A DNA stretch of 61,594 bases, counting the filler, from Pirum gemmata (taxonomy: Eukaryota), in assembly GCA_002812295.1 (NCBI GenBank). It is 13 parts of 13 records of this genome, joined end to end, with 100 filler letters (N's around TTAATTAATTAA, not from the genome) between each part and the next. Parts side by side here need not be neighbours in the genome. Positions count along the whole stretch, not along the records: positions 51,610 to 56,196 come from PDIN01001022.1; positions 56,297 to 61,594 come from PDIN01001023.1; 11 more parts are not named here. One strand, given 5' to 3'. Position 1 is the stretch's first letter; every line of letters begins with the position of its first letter. Shown here in pieces: positions 52,760-61,594 of this stretch. A program made the translations under genes and the position numbers. The notes under the pieces are model-generated. The model ran no database searches. It had not been told where the DNA came from and was given only the letters and a program-made list of their open reading frames with translations.

Positions 52760-54090
52760 AACACTCCACTCATCAAACCGATTCTATCTTAGTAGACTCT
52801 TAGTAGCTATCTGATAGCTGGCTAGAGCATCAAAGTAGCATCAAACGACTCCCTCAAACAAAACAAATTATTCAAACAACACAGACAGAAATATGGCGTC
52901 ATCTTGGATTTTTTTTTTTTATATCATACATACATAAAAAAAAAAAAATTTCTCCTCATCTTCGAAAAAAAAAGTACTGTTTGCTTACATGTATCATACC
53001 AAAGTATTCTCTACAAAAAGAAAATCAATTAGTAATTGAAGAATTATTTCGTTCTCAATTCAATGTTATTATTGATAGTACGTACTTAGAGTGTACTTAG
53101 TAAGTGTTATATGGACGCATTCCTTATTATTTTTTACTACATAATAATAACTATTATGAATTTATGCGTTATGCGAAAATATAAATAATGCTTAGTGTGT
53201 TTATTAACTGTTTGTTGTGGGGGGAGGAAATGATGTATATTGTACACAATACTACACGATAGTAATAATTTTTTAATTATTAGTAATAAAATAGTAATAA
53301 ATTAAGTACAATAAAAATAAATGATAACAAGAGTTACAAGACTTTCCTCATTCTCTTTCCTCTTCCTGTCGATCACTGCTGTATTTATCTATCGCCTAGC
53401 TAGCTAGCTAGCTAGCCTGCACTGAGTACACTGTACTCAGTGCACTCTCAGTTCCCTCTATCACTCAGCCATCGATTCATCAGAGAGCTCATCACTGAGT
53501 CATCAGAGTCACTACGGCAGGCGAGTCTGGCGACTCATCTCACACTCAGTGTGTAGAATTGTGTGTAGATTCTCCTCACAGTCAGACTCAGACAGTCTAC
53601 TCTAGCTAGAGAGCTCTAGCTAGAGACAGTCTATGATAAATTCTATGCATAACTAACTCCAGCACTCACCAGCTCTACACTGAGTCTAGCTAGCCTCTAC
53701 TACTAGCTAGGCAGTAGCTAACAGCAGTCTAATCGACTCTGCAATGCAGAGTCTGCATTGAAGTTGCGCGCGTGATTCGGCGTGAACAGTCATGGACACT
53801 CAGGTACCGACGATAGGAGGTAGGAGCGAGTAAGCGGCTATTGATACCTAAGCAGTCCTAAGCTCGATATGGTAGTCTGATGGTAGTTAAACCGTAGTTT
53901 CTCGCTTCTAGTTTCTCGCTTTGACAGCATTGGATCTGATTGGAGAATTTGGAGGAATGGAGATCGGCAAAAAAAAAATTTTTAAACTGCAGAATCCGGA
54001 CCGCACTTCGTAGACTTTCAGTATGATACAGTATCACGATGATATAGTTAAATAGTTTAGCTATATAGTTTCATAGTTTCTATTTTTCTT

Positions 54091-55525
54091 ACCAGAGCTG
54101 GATAAAACCACTATAAAACCTCAGGGATAAATCATTTTTTAGACAAAATCTTTAATGCTAACTATCCAAATTGTTTTTAAAAACTGGCCATTGGTTTATA
54201 ATAGAGTTTTATTAGTTAGGTGATTTCTCAAAATTTGGTAGTACTTTCATTAAAATTGGAGTATTTTGAGATTTTTTGGATTTTTGAGCTCATAATGGCA
54301 GATGTCGCCATTTTATCTGGCTTGGTAATATATGTATACTGAAGAATATGTATATTAAATTTTATAAAATATAAAATTTTTTTTTTTAAAAAAAACATTT
54401 ATTATAAATGACACAGCTAATGACACTTAGAAATGATTATTATAAATAGTAGCTATTTTTACTATTTTACAACTGTTCCCTTTACTAAGGGACTCTCTAA
54501 TAAGGGCTTGAAAAGAGTATCGGTAAATTTTCGGTAGTGAAAATATTGTGAAAATGCTGAGAAAGTGTTAGTAGCTAACTCAAAGCCTCAAACAGCTCAA
54601 ATGAAAGTGTATCATAGTTACTAAAAAATAGCATCATATCGATATTGCAGTGATAATTATCAGTCAATTATCATACTACCCTTATCGTACTTTTCAGTTG
54701 TTTTGTCATCGTAAAATATTCAATAAAGAGTACCAAAATAAATCCATTTTATTTAATTTGGTATATTTTATAATCTAATTATTAATTTAAAAATATCAAT
54801 TTGAATAATATAAACAACCAAATAAATATTCAGAGTGACAAAATAAATGAAAAGCACAACAATACCAACCTGATAAAAATGGCGACATCCGCCATAGACT
54901 ATGAGCTCAAAAATCCAAAAAATCACAAAATAAAAAAATGATCCAATATTAATGAAACTACTACCAAATTTTGAGAAATTGTCTAACTAGGAAAACTCTA
55001 TTATAAACCAATGGCTAGTTTTTAAAAATAATTTGGCTTGTTAGCAATTAGCATTAAAAACTGCATTAAAGGTTTTTAGAAAAGAAGTCCAAAAAAAATA
55101 TTTCTACAGTTTTATCCGGCTTGGCTTTTTGATCAAAGACCCCAGGAAAAAAGGTTTCTTAATTAAAGACCCCAGGAAAAAAGGTTTCTTCGAGGGTCTT
55201 TGTCATGATACATAGAAGTGACTGAATCATTCACAAATATCAGATATATCTATAGATATAATATTATTACTGCAGATATATTCATATATATAATATAATA
55301 TATTATTATTATTATTATTAACAGCCAAGCCAGATAAAACTGTTGAAATTATTTTTATAAGACTTCTTTTCTAGAAACCTTTAATGCTAACTAGCCAAAT
55401 TGTTTTTAAAAACTAGCCATCCTTGGTTTATAATAGAGCTTCTTATTTAGACGATTTCTCAAACTTTGGTAGTACTTTTATTGAAATTGGATCATTTTGA
55501 GATTTTTTGGATTTTTGAGCTCATA
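54091..55525. mobile_element. MITE cluster: three family E copies and one family A copy (54685-54859)
   Basis: Sequence identity with 48006-48244 and family A. Confidence 0.8.
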
Positions 55526-56050
55526 ATATGCTAACTAGGTTGTAAACTTTGTAAACTTTGTAATCTATCAATAATATAAATTATCGCTATCGAAGTATTT
55601 AATATATAATATCATTTAATAAACAATAATATCATACTATCCATACAATGATACTACAATGATACCTTAGAAAACAAATTCTGAACAATACAATATTAAT
55701 GGTCCAGCTGTACAGACCTGGTCTACGTACAGTGTTACAGGTGTAACGTGAGGTGTTACAGGATGCTTTTTTTTTGGTATCGATAAAAGTAATCTATGCA
55801 TAGACTATGGTAGAACAATTCACGGCCACCAATTTTATTTCCAGATGATCAAGTTACTACCAACTTCTGCACTGCTTATTTAATATTATATATACATAAT
55901 TATAATATTATGGTAGCTTTTAATAGTGCTTAATTTAATAATCATAGCTTTATATAATGATATTATATACATTATAAATTAGTATCATTAAAATATATAG
56001 GATTTTAAAAATTTTAAAGTTTAATTAAGATAGGGTTTAGAAAAAAAAAT

Positions 56051-56089
<39 letters not shown>

Positions 56090-56418
56090 CATTTTTTTTT
56101 TTTTTCAAAATATTCAGATGAAAAATTATTATTCACATTATTATTAGACTGTGAATTTAGACAGCTTTAGAGTCTGTTTAGACTTATTAGACTTACNNNN
56201 NNNNNNNNNNNNNNNNNNNNNNNNNNNNNNNNNNNNNNNNTTAATTAATTAANNNNNNNNNNNNNNNNNNNNNNNNNNNNNNNNNNNNNNNNNNNNCATC
56301 AACATGAACATCAACATGAACATCAACATGAACATCAACATCAACATCAACACCAACATCAACATCAACATCAACATCTAACATTATAATCATCATCATC
56401 ATCATCACTACGAACATC

Positions 56419-56452
<34 letters not shown>

Positions 56453-56579
56453 TCATCATCTACATCATCAACATCATCAACATCATCAACATCATCTACA
56501 TCATCTACATCATCAACATCAACATCATCAACATCATCTTCATCATAAACGACAACATCAACAACATCACCACATAAAG

Positions 56580-56611
<32 letters not shown>

Positions 56612-57461
56612 CAACAGTAATGACAATAATGCTATTTTACTTAAAAAGGCAGAAAAAGCAGTAAAAATGAGTAAATAATACTAGTGTTGGTACTAATAAA
56701 GGAAAATTATACCTTATCACAATTCTCCATGCTAATGAATAACAAATTAAAGATGTGGTGGTAATTTTCTTGATAAGCGTTAACTAATACATCATAATGA
56801 TGTATTCTTCTTTAATTTATACGTGATTTGTTTCTCTGACCGCCAAGTGGAGGCCTGGTCAGATATATAGACTGTATAACTTTTGAAATAAAGCAGAGTT
56901 GACAATTTGGCATTTGATAGTGTATTATTGAGAGAGTTTGAGAGTGTATAATTTGTTTGAGAGTTTATTCGTGCTATTATACCACTATATAGTCACTATA
57001 TGCTCCTATACATCATAATAGATATGTATCGGTGATATCAATAAAATATCGATATCATAATTATTAGACCCAGTCTACCCCTAGCTAGCTAGCTAGCTAC
57101 TAGCTAGCAGGCTACCTGTAGACTATCAGTTAGATCATCTACTAGCTAGCTAGCCTACTAGCTAGAAGCTATCATAGCTAGATCATCCAGCTAGTAGCTA
57201 CTAGCCTCTACTTTCAGTAGTAGAGTCTAAGTAGACTGTAGACCTGGAGTAGTAGACTAGCTAGACTATCTGATAGGATTGATCTTTACCTACTAGGATC
57301 TACCTATAGCGCTAGCTAGCTATCATAGCTATGACTCATATCGATTCGTAGCTATTTTAAAAAAGGGTATTATCGATATAAAGTTATTATAATAATGGCT
57401 ACCATTGAACCAAAAAAAGCTGATTTTTTAAAAAGCTCGATTCGGTTTTTTTTAAAATATA

Positions 57462-57499
<38 letters not shown>

Positions 57500-57829
57500 G
57501 TTACTTATTACTTATTACTTATTACTTATTACTTATTACTTATTACTTCTTATTACTTATTACTTATTACTTATTACTTATTACTTATTACTTATTACTT
57601 TTTACTTCTTATTGACGTGATAAAGAATATTCGAAACCTCGTTGTACTATTTTTCAAAAATGACGTCCTTGGGTAGGTAGGAAAATCTCAAAATGACGAA
57701 AAGTGACCCAGGGGGTATATTATCCCGTATATAGGTAGTCGAACCCTCTAAAATGGAGGACGTCCTTATTGAACGCTCCCCTATCGTAGACTGTAGTGAC
57801 AAAATCCGCTCGAGCAAATATACTAAAAT

Positions 57830-58650
57830 GAAGTAACTAAGTACTTCCCAACACTAACTGATACAATCAAAAATCAACTATCTTTTGGAAATGCCATTGA
57901 GTTAATCACTGATGACAAACAAACAAAGTTTAATCACTGATGACAAACAAACAAAGTTTAAAACAAACCCACACTGACCTTCTTGACTGGCCAGACGAAG
58001 CATTCTCCAGAAGAATAGTAAGTGTAACCAACACAGTAGCACCCAAGCCAATTTCAGGCTCATTTACTTATCTAAAATAATCAACCTAGAGGATATATTA
58101 TACAAACAAACTGCCCAAAGAAACACCATCACCTTCACCCCTGACCTTCACCCGAATTACCAAAGGAAAAGATCGTGTACCCACCAAAAAAGTGCACATC
58201 AAATTTGAGAAAGAAGGAGAAACAAAAGCACTATTGATAAGTTACGCTTTCTTTTTAGTCTATAAACGGAACTGGCTGGGGATCCAATGCTGCAATGCAG
58301 TTACTCTGATCAAAACTTATAAGTCCATAATAAGATCAATACCAGACTACTCAGCTATAGCAATAATCATGATGACCCCAAAAGATAAAGAGAAACCAGA
58401 AGTTCGCCAAATCGACAGAATCTAAATAGAAGACCTACTACAACTGACCAACCTACCAACGATATATCATAGAACGTTCACTCCAGATGATCCACAAGGA
58501 CCACAACTACCCCCAACAGGCAACAACCCACAAGAAGTAATAATACAATTAGTAAGAGACTATAGCTATCACCACAATGGCACCAGTAGAAATTTGAAAG
58601 AACGAACTCCTTTTATAATAAAAATTGCAAAACACCACCAACAACACTAA
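57830..58650 (+). mobile_element. Decayed non-LTR retrotransposon (LINE) ORF2 fragment
   Basis: Frameshifted INGTGWG / CNAVTLIKTYKSIIRSIPDYSAIA matches the post-RT WG..TL..YKS.IRS.LDY motif of I/R1/Tad1-type LINEs; followed by EDLLQLTNLPTIYHR. Confidence 0.7.
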
Positions 58651-58828
58651 TTGGCATCTTAATTAAAAAGAATCAAAATTTGAAAAGAAAGAATATACAA
58701 AGGAAAAAATAACAGAAAATGAGTGTGAAACAAAAACTCAAAATGAAAAAATCTTTTTCCTGGGGTGTGTGATTCCGTGTGAAATGAACACAAGAATTAA
58801 TGACGTCATTATATCTGCTAATAAGTAA

Positions 58829-58897
<69 letters not shown>

Positions 58898-59412
58898 AGT
58901 TAGACTATTAACCAATATGTACAATAAAATACGAAAGACTACTGGTAGATACGAAAGAAGGGGTGCTAGATCTACGTCATCTTCCTTGATGAGAATGTAG
59001 ACTGTTCAGACAATCAGAAGACTATCAGAAGCTCAATCAGACTACATAAAAAAAAAAAAAACGTTGCATTTTATGATTTATAGTATTTATAGGCATCGTG
59101 CGACGTGCATCGCAGCATCGTTGTACAAAGTGTACAAATCGATTTACTCGATTTACTCGATTTACTACTTGAGCTTGTTGCCTGGAACTCTAGAGTAGTT
59201 GCTCTACTTTTCATCATATTATTAGTACCTTCATTTATATAATCATATTATTAGACCTATTTGGGAATTTTGGGGCATTCACTTTTGATAATGTATATTA
59301 TTATACGAAATGAATAAGTTGTGTTAGATAGAAATTCACCATTACTTTTGTAGTTAGTTAAGTTGCACACTTTTACTTTTCCTAGTTAGTTAAAGCAAGA
59401 CTTAAAGTAAAA

Positions 59413-59847
59413 ATGTACATTTTAATTATTTTAAGAGTATTTTGGCTACTTGCTTCATTTTTAATTACTTTTGTAGGTTGGTTTGTTAAATTTTTTTCTG
59501 AATTAAGCGAGAAATTAAATATTACCCAACTTTCCAAATGGGGAAAACTTTTGAAATCATCAGCGGATCAAGCGGGTTTGTCTACAACGAAAACTATGCA
59601 TGAGGAGCTTTCTTTGAAGAAAACTAACTTTCAATTTCTGAATTTTTTGGAGTGGTGCTTTTGTTTAAAAGTATCGAAAAGTAATTTTTTTCACTTTTAT
59701 GTTGTTGGATTTACTGGTAGTTTTTCCACTTTATTGTATTGTTTGCAAATGGACTTTGAATCTTCTTGTACAGTTTATAAGGAATACCCCAAAACAGGCG
59801 TTACTCAGCTCTCATGCTTGCTTTCTTTGTTACTCCTATCAATCCAG
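59413..59847 (+). CDS. SRD5A3: Polyprenol reductase (SRD5A3/DFG10 family) exon 1, 145 aa
   Basis: LSKWGKL and KVSKSNFFHFYVVG motifs with TM segments; CAG|GTATTC donor just before the expected RRLxE motif. Confidence 0.75.
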
Positions 59848-60156
59848 GTATTCTACTATACTTTTCGTTGTTTGCTATTTTTTTTTTTTCGTAATAATAT
59901 TTATGTGGTTTATGCAAATTTGAGGTTAAATTTGAGGTTTGGGCTGAAATTAAGTTAAAATTGTTTATTTGTGTATTTTAGGGCGGAGGGTTTGAGGAAT
60001 TCAGTGTTTAGGGTTTGTCAGTTTAAAGTTCAAGACTTATGTAGGTTAGAGTTTAATTCAAGTGTCTAATCTTAAAATGGGGTTTATTAGTGTTATCATT
60101 ATTATTTTGTAATAAATATTACTTTTATCTGGTGCTATTGTTGTTATTGTTGTTGC

Positions 60157-60211
<55 letters not shown>

Positions 60212-60229
60212 TTGTTTTGAATTTTACAG

Positions 60230-60550
60230 CGTATTCCTGGAATAAAAAGTCAAAATGTAAGAAATGTGTTAGGTAGTATGACGGCTGGGGTAATTAGTGG
60301 TTACCTCTCCCATGTCCCTCATAATTTATCCACACTTAAACTAATGTCACCCCAAAAAAGTTACGGGGAGTTAATGCAAGGCTTGGCCGACCAATCTGCA
60401 AAACGGGTGCCTTGGTTCTTACCGGAGTCCATCAAACCTTCCGTGGCTTTTGGTATGGCTATATTGTTTCCAAGGGGGGTTATGATTCGTACTACCCAAG
60501 TTGTTGGATCGTTTATTATTTTGAATGGTACCATTCAAGCTTTAAAGTAA
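60230..60550 (+). CDS. Terminal exon of a mitochondrial-carrier-like membrane protein
   Basis: TTTTACAG acceptor; RIPGIKSQNVRNVLGSMTAGVISGYLSHVPHNLSTLK..LFPRGVMIRTTQVVGSFIILNG..-TAA resembles one carrier repeat. Confidence 0.7.
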   Translation, partial: RIPGIKSQNVRNVLGSMTAGVISGYLSHVPHNLSTLKLMSPQKSYGELMQGLADQSAKRVPWFLPESIKPSVAFGMAILFPRGVMIRTTQVVGSFIILNGTIQALK

Positions 60551-60564
60551 ATAACAATTTATTA

Positions 60565-60745
60565 TCGTCTATTTCATTATAGTTGTCCTCTCAATCTTTC
60601 ATTTGGTAGTGTTTAAGTGTATAATTGAATTTGTTTATAAAAATACCAAAATTAATTAAAAATGCCTGATAGTTTTTAACCATAATGATAATTTTGGTAC
60701 ATTTATTTCAGTTTTTGAAATGGACATCACTATTGAACAACACGA
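60565..60745 (+). mobile_element. MITE family B, full length
   Basis: TA-TCGTCTATTTCA...TGAACAACACGA-TA. Confidence 0.85.
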
Positions 60746-61023
60746 TATTATTATTATTACAATAATAGCACAGCAGCGACAACAAGTAACTACACACCAA
60801 CTGCACCAACAACAATTACATTGATAATTAATAATAATTAATAATGATAATGATGATGATGAAAATAATAATAATAATNNNNNNNNNNNNNNNNNNNNNN
60901 NNNNNNNNNNNNNAACCCCCAACCCCTAACCTCCCCAACCCGTAACCCTTAATCTTCAACAAGCTTGCCCTTACCCCAACGTATAACCCTAACCCTTGAC
61001 GCTTATATGTAATAACAATGTAG

Positions 61024-61471
61024 GGGAAAAGAGCGTGAAAGATAATATGGGCGAGACTCTATTACAACGATTACGGGAGATTAGAGACTTGCCACATCAT
61101 CATGTTAAGACCGTAGATGAACATGGAAATGTGCTGAACTCAGAACAGGTGCGGAATATTAATAGACAAACAAGCCAAATAATTAGGGTTTAGGGTTTAG
61201 GGTTTAGGGTTTAGGGTTAGGATTAGGGTTAGGGTTAGGGTTACCACAATTAAGTTTCTGTTTTTTTAGTATTAATATTAAACTTTATAATGTTTTTCTT
61301 GTAGGTTTTTAACCTACGTAAAAGGCCAGCAGATAGAAATGAGCCGATAGAAAGTCGAATTCAAGCATTGAAAGAAAGTTCTATGTTCCGTCATTGTTCC
61401 GAGGACACCCTGCGCAAAATGGCAGAGGAGTTGTATGTTGTTGAGTACAAAAAAGGAGAAGAATTGATGGA
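61024..61471 (+). CDS. Cyclic-nucleotide-binding-domain protein, partial (exons 61024-61148 and 61305-61471)
   Basis: ..GNVLNSEQ|VFNLRKRP..RIQALKESSMFRHCSEDTLRKMAEELYVVEYKKGEELM, a typical cNMP domain start; GT-AG sites are phase compatible. Confidence 0.75.
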
Positions 61472-61474
61472 GTA

Positions 61475-61523
<49 letters not shown>

Positions 61524-61594
61524 TCATTATGATTATGATTTTGATTATGATGATGATGATGATGATTATAATTATGATTATTATTATTATTATT

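Overview
AT-rich, intron-containing eukaryotic draft DNA, not one locus. Twelve ~100-nt N spacers, each with a central TTAATTAATTAA linker, join about 13 unrelated contigs of ~4.5-4.65 kb (the last is longer), so nothing can be inferred across a linker. TTAGGG repeats, an animal-like SNX3 exon and a class-C-like GPCR suggest a unicellular opisthokont, possibly an ichthyosporean (inference only). Host content: an elongator tRNA-Met, a secreted GPI-type triple-repeat protein, a 7TM receptor ORF split by one TAA, partial spliced genes (two PX-domain proteins, polyprenol reductase, a carrier-like exon, a cNMP-binding protein), at least six MITE families, a decayed LINE, many microsatellites and CTAG-rich palindromic tracts. 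The main finding is contig 23510-28089. It holds a compact block of ORFs that includes an 82-codon minus-strand frame missed by the ORF track, matching the C-terminal half of a Nucleocytoviricota RuvC/A22-type Holliday junction resolvase, plus a Lys-rich protein with a giant-virus-type motif. Host-type repeats flank the block on both sides, so it is a candidate endogenous giant-virus fragment, and the resolvase frame begins at what looks like a host spliceosomal acceptor. All family assignments are by eye; no searches were run.
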